IMG/VR virus record: IMGVR_UViG_3300033487_000010
Location: 1 to 48,199 of that record
Source of the DNA: a virus
Taxonomy: Duplodnaviria; Caudoviricetes
Strand: one strand, 5' to 3'
Length of the DNA: 48,199 bases
Shown piece by piece: positions 7,893-16,276 of this stretch; the stretch's first letter is position 1, and each line of letters begins with the position of its first letter. Below the pieces are notes generated by a model. It was not told the DNA's origin. It worked only from the letters and a program-made list of their open reading frames with translations, and searched no databases. The position numbers were made by a program, and so were the translations under genes.

Positions 7893-8233
7893 GCTACCTC
7901 CATCGTGGCGATCTCGGCCACCTTGAGCCGTCGAACCATGTCGGCAGTCCCACGGCCGCCAGGGAAGGCCACCGCGACGTCCGGGCGGAACTCGTCGATC
8001 ATCTGCTGGTTTCTGACAACGCCCGCGCGCTTGCCAAGTCGATTCCAGTCAGCCGGGAACCTGCGAACCGTCCACCCGCGAGATCGGGCGTACCGCTCGC
8101 AGAGCGAATCAGCCCCACGCGCGCAACCGTGGGCGAGTTCGATGGAACCGCTGAACACGCCGAGAGCGTCTGAAACCTTGGCGTAGTCGTCGAAATCTCG
8201 GCCGCCGGTGACGACGATGCGCAGGGAAGTCAT
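7889..8233 (-). CDS. SLOG family (YspA/DUF2493-like) protein
   Basis: IVVTGGRDF...HGCARGADSL...FPADW...AGVVRNQQM...FPGGRGTADM. Confidence 0.9.
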   Translation of the reverse strand: MTSLRIVVTGGRDFDDYAKVSDALGVFSGSIELAHGCARGADSLCERYARSRGWTVRRFPADWNRLGKRAGVVRNQQMIDEFRPDVAVAFPGGRGTADMVRRLKVAEIATMEVA

Positions 8234-8574
8234 GCTACCCCCGATGGGATCGCGGCTCGCACCGACTCCCGGCTTCGCGCTGCACGCGTCCGTCGCGCCC
8301 ACTCCTCGGCCTGCGCTCGGTTTTCCAGTCGCACGATCGGAGAGCCGCGCCAGCCCTTGCGGAACTCGATTTGTGCCGGCGTGTACGTCGCGTCCGCGGT
8401 GCTCTTCACCTCGACTAGATCGGTGACGTTCCACAGGCCGACGAGTAGATCGGACATCCCTCTTCCGGATGCAGAAAGATCGCGCACCGAGAACCCGAAC
8501 GCTTCGAGCGTCTTGGCCACCTCGCCGTGGGTGGCATCTCTCTTGTGCTTGCGGGAGAAGCTGGCGTGATTCAT
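8230..8574 (-). CDS. VRR-NUC / Holliday-junction resolvase-like PD-(D/E)XK nuclease
   Basis: KRDATHGEV...GMSDLLVG...LVEVKS...TPAQIEF. Confidence 0.8.
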   Translation of the reverse strand: MNHASFSRKHKRDATHGEVAKTLEAFGFSVRDLSASGRGMSDLLVGLWNVTDLVEVKSTADATYTPAQIEFRKGWRGSPIVRLENRAQAEEWARRTRAARSRESVRAAIPSGVA

Positions 8575-8894
8575 CGTCCCAACAGCGCCCCAGCGACGAA
8601 CATGGACAAGGCGACGATGGGGAGGATGTGCAGCTTCCACACCTCGCACTCGACGGACGCGCGTCTCCCAGCACCTTGGAGAAACAGGATGCGCCACACT
8701 AGTTCGCGGCGATCCCATCCAGCGTAGTGGCCATCATCCCATGCTGGCTTTTTCCTTGACTCAATCCATGCAGCCAGCGCATCGAATGGCACCGACCATG
8801 GAAGAGTAAGCCACCGCCATCGACGATACCGATCGACTTCTTGCTTCAACTCTGGCGGCCAAGATGACTCCGGGTATTCGCCTGGAAGATTCAT
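8571..8894 (-). CDS. Hypothetical membrane protein
   Basis: C-terminal hydrophobic helix ILPIVALSMFVAGALL. Confidence 0.5.
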   Translation of the reverse strand: MNLPGEYPESSWPPELKQEVDRYRRWRWLTLPWSVPFDALAAWIESRKKPAWDDGHYAGWDRRELVWRILFLQGAGRRASVECEVWKLHILPIVALSMFVAGALLGR

Positions 8895-9033
8895 ATCCCC
8901 ATGTACCTCGTGGCCTTCTTGTCCGGCAGGCACGCGCGCAACCACTTGGCCCCGACGGCGCGAACCTGGTTACACTTCGGGCAGTGCTCCCACCGTCCCG
9001 CGACGGGCACCGGCTTGGCGTGCTTGGCGGTGG

Positions 9034-9351
9034 TCATCCGTGCCCCCGGAGCAACCATGCGATGAGCACTCCCACCACGGACGACGTGATCACCCCGGTC
9101 AAGATCGGCACTGCCCAGCGCTGTAGTTTCTGCGCCCCAACGAATTCTGCCAACAGCTCCCCGTGCGCTCTTTGTGTCTTCTCCATCTCGGTCATCCTCT
9201 CTTCTAGTTTTTCGGCACGTCTGCAGTTCAGTTCATGCTCTGCCGTCGATAGCCCGCTCACGGGAGTGCGGTCAGCTCTGGAGGCAAGCATTCTCTCGAC
9301 GTGATCTCTCACGTCGTCCTCGAGGTAATCGCGCTCTCGGTGGGTGCCCAT
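9034..9351 (-). CDS. Coiled-coil plus C-terminal TM protein (holin/XhlA-like lysis accessory)
   Basis: AEKLEERMTEMEK coiled coil, then AVPILTGVITSSVVGVLIAWLL; GAGGAG RBS. Confidence 0.55.
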   Translation of the reverse strand: MGTHRERDYLEDDVRDHVERMLASRADRTPVSGLSTAEHELNCRRAEKLEERMTEMEKTQRAHGELLAEFVGAQKLQRWAVPILTGVITSSVVGVLIAWLLRGHG

Positions 9352-9562
9352 GTTGTCAGAACTCCTCGGCCTCGCGGCCGTGCTACAGGTGAATCACATC
9401 CATGCCATCAATGCTACCGCCAAGGCGAGCATGAGCAAGACGATCCATCGCGCTCGCGCCTCTGTCACTGTCGCCTTTCTTCCAGGGCCGCTGCGAACCA
9501 TGCCAGCGCCGCGCCGAGCGGCACTGCCACCGCCATGACGGCTATGACGACGAAGAGGCGCT

Positions 9563-9775
9563 TCACGGATTCGCCCTCCCTGAACCTCCGCACGCCCTAC
9601 ATGTGTCCATCCAAACGTCTCCCTTGAGGTAAGTGCTGTGCTCGCGTCCAGAGCCACCGCACTGGTAGCACAGCAGGATCGGTGCCGTGGGATCCATCGG
9701 GAATAGCACGGTGAACGATGAATGGCGCCAGCACTTGAACGTCGAACGATCGCAATCCTCGCAACCTGTCATCAT
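9563..9775 (-). CDS. CxxCxGxG zinc-finger protein
   Basis: CYQCGGSG and CRACGGSG repeats (DnaJ-type zinc finger). Confidence 0.6.
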   Translation of the reverse strand: MMTGCEDCDRSTFKCWRHSSFTVLFPMDPTAPILLCYQCGGSGREHSTYLKGDVWMDTCRACGGSGRANP

Positions 9776-9972
9776 GGCGTTCTCTCCAGCTCGGCCAGCC
9801 GCTTCCTCAGCTCGGCGATCTCGATCTTCAGCCCATCGATGACCGACACCTCATCGCGCAGCCGCAGGATCTCGGCCACGAGTAGCTCACGCGCCCGGTC
9901 CCCGAGCCGCTTCGTGTACGGCGGGTTGCGCAGTTCGGCGATTGCCTCGTCGATCTCCCTGAGCAGGTTCAC
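9772..9972 (-). CDS. Hypothetical coiled-coil protein
   Basis: 66-aa coupled ORF. Confidence 0.55.
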   Translation of the reverse strand: MNLLREIDEAIAELRNPPYTKRLGDRARELLVAEILRLRDEVSVIDGLKIEIAELRKRLAELERTP

Positions 9973-10220
9973 TTTCCCGCATCCTTCGGCGGATCGGTGG
10001 GCGTCGCCAGGTTGAGCGCCGCGAGGGCCGGCCGTAGCCGTCCGATGATTCGCGGGAGCGACGACAGCAGCAGTGCCGCAGCCCCGAGCACGCGCGAGAC
10101 TGGCACGAGCCAGCCTACGCCGGCATTCGCGAGAGCGGCCGACAGCCCTGCGACGTCGGGGCCGAATTCGGCGAGAAGTCCAAGGACCAGCAAGACCGTG
10201 TTCAGGTTTATCCGTTTCAT
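9969..10220 (-). CDS. Putative holin
   Basis: 83 aa with 2-3 hydrophobic segments, right after the tail module. Confidence 0.5.
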   Translation of the reverse strand: MKRINLNTVLLVLGLLAEFGPDVAGLSAALANAGVGWLVPVSRVLGAAALLLSSLPRIIGRLRPALAALNLATPTDPPKDAGK

Positions 10221-10230
10221 GTGCTTCCTT

Positions 10231-11250
10231 TCATGGTGCGACCTGCCCGGTGGCGCGTGCGAAGCCGAACTTGTAGGTCATCGTTCCGTAGTTGCTGTTG
10301 CACGTCGGCCACAGGTCGACGGTCCCTGCCGCCTCGTCGTAGACAACACCAGGGTTCTCCACCGTGTCGGAGTCCCACTCCCCAGCAGCGCCGAGCGAGT
10401 AGACTGGCGACGGCCACACCGTGAATGTGACGAAGTCCGCAGTCTGAAACACGCCGATGCGCCAGGCGGTTCCGTCGAACCCCTGGAAGAAAAAGTAGAA
10501 GATACCGTTTGCCTTGATCCAGCCACCGACGGGATGGAAGCTGGTGCGATACCAGGACCACGCCGGACCAAGCGGAAGCACTGGATTCGCCGCGTCCCTG
10601 CTCCACGTCAGCCCATCGTCGGTTGCCGTCGCGTGCCCTCCCTGGAAGCCAGCGTCTTGCACTGCCGAGTTGCCGGCGTAGATCATGTGGTCTTTGCCAT
10701 CTGGCGCGAGTCGAGAAGGAACGATGATCTCACCTCGCACGTCTGCGGATTCCCACCCGCTGCCAACGTCAAATACCGGGTTGCTCGCATACTTGGTGAG
10801 AGTGTCTGGGAACTGAGCAGCAGTGGCGGACGCGCAGCATGTAAACTCTTTCGGTGTTCCATTGTGAGCGTGGTAATAGACGCGGTACAGGTCCGGGTTG
10901 AACATCACCGGGACTGGAGCGCTTATCAGAGTATCGTCAATGCCCTCCTGAGTGTTTCTCGAAATGACTGGTGTTGCGTGCTTCGTGAACCCAGAAGGAT
11001 AGGATGCGATCGGAGTCGAGACGTAGCCGATGTTTCTATACAGCTCGCCTTCCTCCTCGGCAGCAGCGTAGAACCCATATCGGGTTGTGCCTACGTCAAT
11101 GAACTTGAGATCCTCCATGCTGTTGCCGGCCTCCCACGCCAGCGACGGGAGAAGCTCAGGAACCGGGTTGATTCCCGTGCGTGCGAACCCATACAGCCAT
11201 GGAGGAGTTGTAGATCTCGGCGCCGCGATATTTCTGCGACTTGCTTGCAT
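10231..11250 (-). CDS. Five-bladed beta-propeller glycoside-hydrolase-like protein (GH43/GH130/GH32 clan-like)
   Basis: Blade repeats SNPVFDVGSGWES, ANPVLPLGPAWSW, SPVYSLGAAGEWDSDTVENPGVV. Confidence 0.7.
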   Translation of the reverse strand: MQASRRNIAAPRSTTPPWLYGFARTGINPVPELLPSLAWEAGNSMEDLKFIDVGTTRYGFYAAAEEEGELYRNIGYVSTPIASYPSGFTKHATPVISRNTQEGIDDTLISAPVPVMFNPDLYRVYYHAHNGTPKEFTCCASATAAQFPDTLTKYASNPVFDVGSGWESADVRGEIIVPSRLAPDGKDHMIYAGNSAVQDAGFQGGHATATDDGLTWSRDAANPVLPLGPAWSWYRTSFHPVGGWIKANGIFYFFFQGFDGTAWRIGVFQTADFVTFTVWPSPVYSLGAAGEWDSDTVENPGVVYDEAAGTVDLWPTCNSNYGTMTYKFGFARATGQVAP

Positions 11251-11913
11251 CTAGATTCTCTGGAAAATCCACTGTGATGTGGCTGCCATGTTGCTCGTCT
11301 TGTTCGAGGCAACTCCGATCGATGTGATTTCGTCTCCCGTGTATCTATCGATGATTCCTGTGTATACTAGGTAACGGCTGGCGGTCGGATTGTACAACGA
11401 GTAAGCAATGAACTCAAGATGCTGGACGAGGCATGCCGAGTTAGGGTCCTGACAGGAAATGATGATCTCCCATTTGGCACCGGCAACCGCTCCTTCTCCG
11501 TTCTGAACAACAATTACAGAATCGGTCCCGACAGAACCGGCGGAGATCGTCCCGGGAGAAGTGCCGAGCGTTCCATCTGTCGGGAACGTGATCGCCTTGG
11601 CTAGTCCGACAGTCGTGCCATTCACGCGGACTGAGATATACTCGCCAGCCTCAGCGCCCACCGACGATCCTCGAACGATAGCCTTGAACCCGCCCTTGGT
11701 GTCCCCGGCGATCGAGACTGGGAGATCGAACGTGGTTTTATTGCTTCCAAAGGTTCCTGATACGCTGTCCTCTTGCACCAATGCCAGTGCAGAGAGCGCC
11801 TGCTGTTTCGTCGAGCTGCTGAGTTCGCCGTCTATAGTTGGGGTGGTAAGCACCGCGCTGTTGAGATTTGCCCAACCGGCTGTAAGCGCTGGAATGATGA
11901 TGTCACTTGGCAT
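11251..11913 (-). CDS. Putative virion/tail-associated protein
   Basis: 220 aa, beta-rich, S/T/G-rich, in tail module; GGAG RBS. Confidence 0.55.
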   Translation of the reverse strand: MPSDIIIPALTAGWANLNSAVLTTPTIDGELSSSTKQQALSALALVQEDSVSGTFGSNKTTFDLPVSIAGDTKGGFKAIVRGSSVGAEAGEYISVRVNGTTVGLAKAITFPTDGTLGTSPGTISAGSVGTDSVIVVQNGEGAVAGAKWEIIISCQDPNSACLVQHLEFIAYSLYNPTASRYLVYTGIIDRYTGDEITSIGVASNKTSNMAATSQWIFQRI

Positions 11914-11924
11914 TTGATTTCTCC

Positions 11925-12308
11925 CTATCCTGTGTACGCAAAGTCTGCGGCGATCAGGCCAGCGGCTATTGCGGCTGCTAGCACTGCGTCCCTCTTGGCG
12001 CTTCGGTTCCCGACGGTAGATTCCTCTGCCGTCTTAAGGGTCGTGTATGCGTTGGTCACGACGCTGGTAGTAAGTGAGATTTTACCAGTGATACTCGTTG
12101 GCGATGCTGTTTTGATGATCTTGACGCTTGGAATCGTATCGTAGGCTACAACTGAGAACACGCCATAGACGATGTCGTCGTTGTCTGAGAAAGCAACCGA
12201 CAGCTCCCCATATGGGATCATGTCGTCGTCGTGGGACTGCCACCTCACCGGCTCGATCTTGGTGACGTTCTTTAGTTGCAGCGCCGTCGTCATTGTGTGC
12301 TTTGACAT
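11925..12308 (-). CDS. Hypothetical protein (tail-fibre associated)
   Basis: TAATG coupling to tail fibre gene. Confidence 0.55.
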   Translation of the reverse strand: MSKHTMTTALQLKNVTKIEPVRWQSHDDDMIPYGELSVAFSDNDDIVYGVFSVVAYDTIPSVKIIKTASPTSITGKISLTTSVVTNAYTTLKTAEESTVGNRSAKRDAVLAAAIAAGLIAADFAYTG

Positions 12309-15007
12309 TAGAAGGACTCCAAGATGCAGACGAACCCATCACCACCGGCTGCTCCCGCCTGGCTGGTAGCAACTGAGCATGCTCCGCCGCCACCACCACC
12401 ACCGTCGAGTTTGTAGCCAGCGTTGCTCACGTTCACCAGGAACCGCCCGCCGCCACACCAGTGGCTTGCCCCTCCAGCACCGGCAACAGCGACAGTCCCG
12501 CTAAGACGAATGCCAGGATTGCCGGGGAGTCCGACGTAGTTGATCGTCCCGTTGGTTCCAGCGCCTGCATAGATGCCGCCGGCCACGGCATTGACAGCCG
12601 TCCCAGCCGTCATACCGACGCCACCCGTCCCGCCCTTCGCTGTGTACGTCGTCCCGTTGTGGGTAATCGTCGTGTCGTTCCCGGTGCCACCGGTGCCTCC
12701 GCCGCTCGTTCCGGCGGTCCCGCCAGTGCCAACGGTATAGGTGCACGTCGTCGCTGCGATCGTGATGAACGCGATGAAGTATCCGCCGCTGCCCCCACCA
12801 CCGCCTGCAGCAGAGTTGCCCGCCGATCCTGAGACGCCGCCGCCTCCACCTCCGCCACCCTGGCCGATCAGTAGCGCAGTCTTGGCGGTAGTCGTGAAGG
12901 TGTGCGTTGCCCCGGTTCCAGACGTGTACACCGTCGCCGAGGCGAGCCCAGTCCCTCCAGCGATTGCCATGGCGGCTAGCAAGGCATTCTCTGCCGAGGT
13001 TGCATGGTAGTACTCGCCGGTATTCCCACCTTGCAGACCGGTTAGCGAATTGTGCACCGACGAAATGGCAGTCGATGTGAAACTACCGCGACCTCCGGTG
13101 AGCCTGGTAACCGATGCGAGTTGCGCCTTTGCGGTTCCTCCATACGTGCTTCGAGCTCGGAATACAAGCTGGGCGATCGGGACGAATTCGGCGAAAGGAA
13201 TCGTGCCAAGCGAAAGCGCCGTCGCCGTCTCTCCCTGAGCAGCCGCCAGGGTGGTGTGCTGCGTTTGTCCAGGTATGATGATGAACCGATGATCGCTATG
13301 TAGAGCCGTGGTCGCTATCACGTAGGCGGTAACATAGGTTCCAAGCCCCAGCCCGCTGATGTCGCCAAGCGTCCAGCCAGTAGCGCCTCCGGCATCGTAG
13401 TTGAGCTGAGGGTATGTCCCGTATAGGAACGGCAACGCGTTCCCGGTGCTCCATGTCCAATAGCCAGAGGTCCCAGATCTGTACCAGATCGTGTAGTCCG
13501 TCCCATCCGACTTCTCCGCGAGCGTCCTTCGGATATCCTCGTCCGCGATCACCGCCTCCGAGATGGAGAACTGAATTGCGACGTCGGTGTCGGTGTCAGG
13601 TGTGTAGTCGGCTAGGACTCCACCGCTGATTAGCTTTGTTCCCTCAGTTAGGTGGGTTTCAATGTGCCATCCGAGGTCACGATTCCAACCGTGAAGCTCG
13701 TAGAACCCAACCGAGGTGCTGCCCTCGCTCGAATAGTAGACGTAAGCCGTGGGCGCGACCTCGTGCAGATTCCAGAAATCAGCCGACCATGCGAACTCGG
13801 TGTCATCGTGGGCGAGGTACCAGGGTCCTTCGGTGGCATCGTGCGCGTCCGAAACGTACGGGGAATCATAGGTGAACTTCACCCCCTGCACCCAGACGTC
13901 GAATGTCGGCGCGCCACCATTCGCGAGGACTGTGATCTTTTGTGTCGCTGCGCTGTAGGAGATGCTAACCAGCCTATTCCCGCTGGCGTCCAACGGCCAG
14001 CCGTGCGGGATGCGGTAATTGGGGAGGTGGTAGAACTCGTCCGCTGTGGCGTCGCCGCCCTGCTTGCCAGTCGTGTCGTTGTGTGGTTGTGCGACTTCTT
14101 TCGTCGTGCGATTCCAATATTGCGTGGTGGTGTCGACGATGACGTTGTAAGAGTCAAGATACCAAGTGGTGCCACCCCATTCCGTTCCGCCGAGAACGGT
14201 TACACTCATCCCAAATTGGAATTCGTCGCTTGTGTCCATGTCGTCAGCTCTGGTAATGACGGCATGTTCTGATGGAGTGCCAACATTGACAATCCTATAG
14301 ACCCCAGCTTGGACGTCATATACGGTTGTCATCCCTGGCACTCGATCGCACAGGAAAATCCTGTCATCATTGAGCAGCGTTGCGTCGTCTGCCCACGATG
14401 TTCCGCTTCGTGTGCCGACAGCGTCGCATGTCCATGTCCCTGTCGGTCCTTCGGTCCATCCCGATAGCGCCACCTCAGCTCCACAGAATGCCTTGACTGG
14501 CCCATGGATGGATGATGGGTGTACGTGATTCCCATGCGCCGCCGTTGCGCTGTCACCAGGATCGGCCAGGCCATCAGGCTCAGGATCGCTCTCGTAGAAA
14601 CCAGGGAACGGCGTCGACGCGGGCGGGGAGTAGATCTTGAGTTTGCGCACGCCGCCAACAACGTCAGTCCCGAGCACCGTCCCGCCGTCGGCTACGGTCT
14701 TTTCGAGCAGCCCACCTACCGCCGTCGTGTCGTCGTTCTTCGCCTTGACGAGGTGGTCGCCCACCGCCGAAATCGTGAGCTGCCGATTCCCTGAGCCGCC
14801 TGTCTTGGTTACTGTCGCGGTTCCGTCCCCGACGATCTTCTCCTCGGCCGTCCCTGCCGTATCCGTCGCATCGACAATGACTTTGTGATCGCCCGTCCCG
14901 CTGGACGTCAACCCGAGTCGCCGAAAGGCCTCGGCGATGGCGTCTAGGTTCCGGTCAATCACGGGATTGCCGGTGCGGAAGACGGGAGGGACGATCGGCT
15001 GGGTCAT
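12308..15007 (-). CDS. Tail fibre / receptor-binding protein with C-terminal glycine-rich domain
   Basis: 899 aa, T/G-rich; DRIFL...AGVY...TRADDMD fibre motif; C-terminal GGGGGG repeats. Confidence 0.8.
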   Translation of the reverse strand: MTQPIVPPVFRTGNPVIDRNLDAIAEAFRRLGLTSSGTGDHKVIVDATDTAGTAEEKIVGDGTATVTKTGGSGNRQLTISAVGDHLVKAKNDDTTAVGGLLEKTVADGGTVLGTDVVGGVRKLKIYSPPASTPFPGFYESDPEPDGLADPGDSATAAHGNHVHPSSIHGPVKAFCGAEVALSGWTEGPTGTWTCDAVGTRSGTSWADDATLLNDDRIFLCDRVPGMTTVYDVQAGVYRIVNVGTPSEHAVITRADDMDTSDEFQFGMSVTVLGGTEWGGTTWYLDSYNVIVDTTTQYWNRTTKEVAQPHNDTTGKQGGDATADEFYHLPNYRIPHGWPLDASGNRLVSISYSAATQKITVLANGGAPTFDVWVQGVKFTYDSPYVSDAHDATEGPWYLAHDDTEFAWSADFWNLHEVAPTAYVYYSSEGSTSVGFYELHGWNRDLGWHIETHLTEGTKLISGGVLADYTPDTDTDVAIQFSISEAVIADEDIRRTLAEKSDGTDYTIWYRSGTSGYWTWSTGNALPFLYGTYPQLNYDAGGATGWTLGDISGLGLGTYVTAYVIATTALHSDHRFIIIPGQTQHTTLAAAQGETATALSLGTIPFAEFVPIAQLVFRARSTYGGTAKAQLASVTRLTGGRGSFTSTAISSVHNSLTGLQGGNTGEYYHATSAENALLAAMAIAGGTGLASATVYTSGTGATHTFTTTAKTALLIGQGGGGGGGGVSGSAGNSAAGGGGGSGGYFIAFITIAATTCTYTVGTGGTAGTSGGGTGGTGNDTTITHNGTTYTAKGGTGGVGMTAGTAVNAVAGGIYAGAGTNGTINYVGLPGNPGIRLSGTVAVAGAGGASHWCGGGRFLVNVSNAGYKLDGGGGGGGACSVATSQAGAAGGDGFVCILESF

Positions 15008-15423
15008 TCGCGCTCAACGAAGTAGAGAGTCGTCGCGATGGCGCTTGGAGGAGTGGCGCCCGCCAGGAAGCCGATCAGGACGTCAGCCGCCAAGATGCTC
15101 CACTCAACATACTGCGGGACGGCGGCGGCGGTGATCGTGATCTCGCCGCCAGATGGCGTGTAGAGCTTCCACACCCCTGCGCCGTCAAGCGTGTAGAGTT
15201 TGAGCGTGACGTTCTGGGTTGCGCACGACGCCCCGATATGTGCCCGCACGTTCATGGCTCCGCCGCGGACAGGCCCGACGGTGGGGAGAGCCGCAGTCTT
15301 GGCGTACTGGTGGCCGCCGCTCCATGCCCGAGAATCGGTGCTGTCGAAGATCCAGGTGTAGCCGTTGGCGTCCGGCAGCACCGGCTGGGTCGTGATTTGC
15401 CGAGGTGGTTTGAATCGAAGCAT
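15004..15423 (-). CDS. Putative virion protein
   Basis: 139 aa, beta-rich, AAGGAG RBS. Confidence 0.6.
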   Translation of the reverse strand: MLRFKPPRQITTQPVLPDANGYTWIFDSTDSRAWSGGHQYAKTAALPTVGPVRGGAMNVRAHIGASCATQNVTLKLYTLDGAGVWKLYTPSGGEITITAAAVPQYVEWSILAADVLIGFLAGATPPSAIATTLYFVERE

Positions 15424-15433
15424 GATGGTCTCC

Positions 15434-16213
15434 TTACTTGTCCGCTAGCTTTTCCGAAGTTGTCTGGCCTGTCTGCGACAGCTTGAGGGCGCTTGCCCTC
15501 GTCTTGGTTTCCGCCTGGCTCTGCTGGACGGCTGCATCGATGTCCGCTACCAGCGTGGTGCTCACCGGCGAGATTCCCAGGATCGTGCAGAGCTGCTTTT
15601 GAAGCCACCAGGGAGCCATCCAATCCTTGTCAGCCGAGGCCTTATCCGTCAGCGCATCGTAGATGTCACCGCAAATCTCCGCGTAGATCGATGGGTAGAG
15701 CGCCTTGAGATGGCCAACCTCAGCACCGATCAGCATTCCGTCCATTGCCAGGTCAAGCACGTAGAGCGGCGTCTGAGCCACGCGCCACGCCCAGCCGAAC
15801 TCCGCCCACTCACCTGGCGATGGGTCATGCATGTACGGCCCGGTCAGGCGCTGCTCCACCCTGCGCGGGAACAGGCCAGCCAGGTATTCAACCCCGCGCG
15901 TCCACGTCAACGCGCAAGCCGGCGTCATCTCTGGCCCTACCGGGAGCAGCACATCCGTCAGCAAGTCGAGGTCGATGCCTTCCACTATGTCGTCGTTCGT
16001 CTCGCGGTAGTCGGGAAGCTCGGGAGGATCGGACTGCTTGCCCTGTGAGGTGGCCCCCACGAGCTCGCCAACGCGCTTTTTGATCGTCTCTGGCAGCTTG
16101 GCTGCTCGCTTGGTCTCGGCGTCACTCGGAGCGTCCAACGACTTGCCCAACGCGTGGGGAATGCCAAGCACGGCAACCAGGCATTCGGCACGCAGTAGCA
16201 GCTGCTCATCCAT
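15434..16213 (-). CDS. Hypothetical protein (virion module)
   Basis: MDEQLLLRAE..., 259 aa, GAGG RBS. Confidence 0.65.
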   Translation of the reverse strand: MDEQLLLRAECLVAVLGIPHALGKSLDAPSDAETKRAAKLPETIKKRVGELVGATSQGKQSDPPELPDYRETNDDIVEGIDLDLLTDVLLPVGPEMTPACALTWTRGVEYLAGLFPRRVEQRLTGPYMHDPSPGEWAEFGWAWRVAQTPLYVLDLAMDGMLIGAEVGHLKALYPSIYAEICGDIYDALTDKASADKDWMAPWWLQKQLCTILGISPVSTTLVADIDAAVQQSQAETKTRASALKLSQTGQTTSEKLADK

Positions 16214-16276
16214 TCCGTATCGCCTCGCAAGTGAACCCGATGGCCAACCCGATGACAACACAGAGCACAATTTGGA

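Noticed and set aside
12308-15007. Diversity-generating retroelement or invertase-based tail switching
   Set aside because: No reverse transcriptase, recombinase or template/variable repeat pair seen
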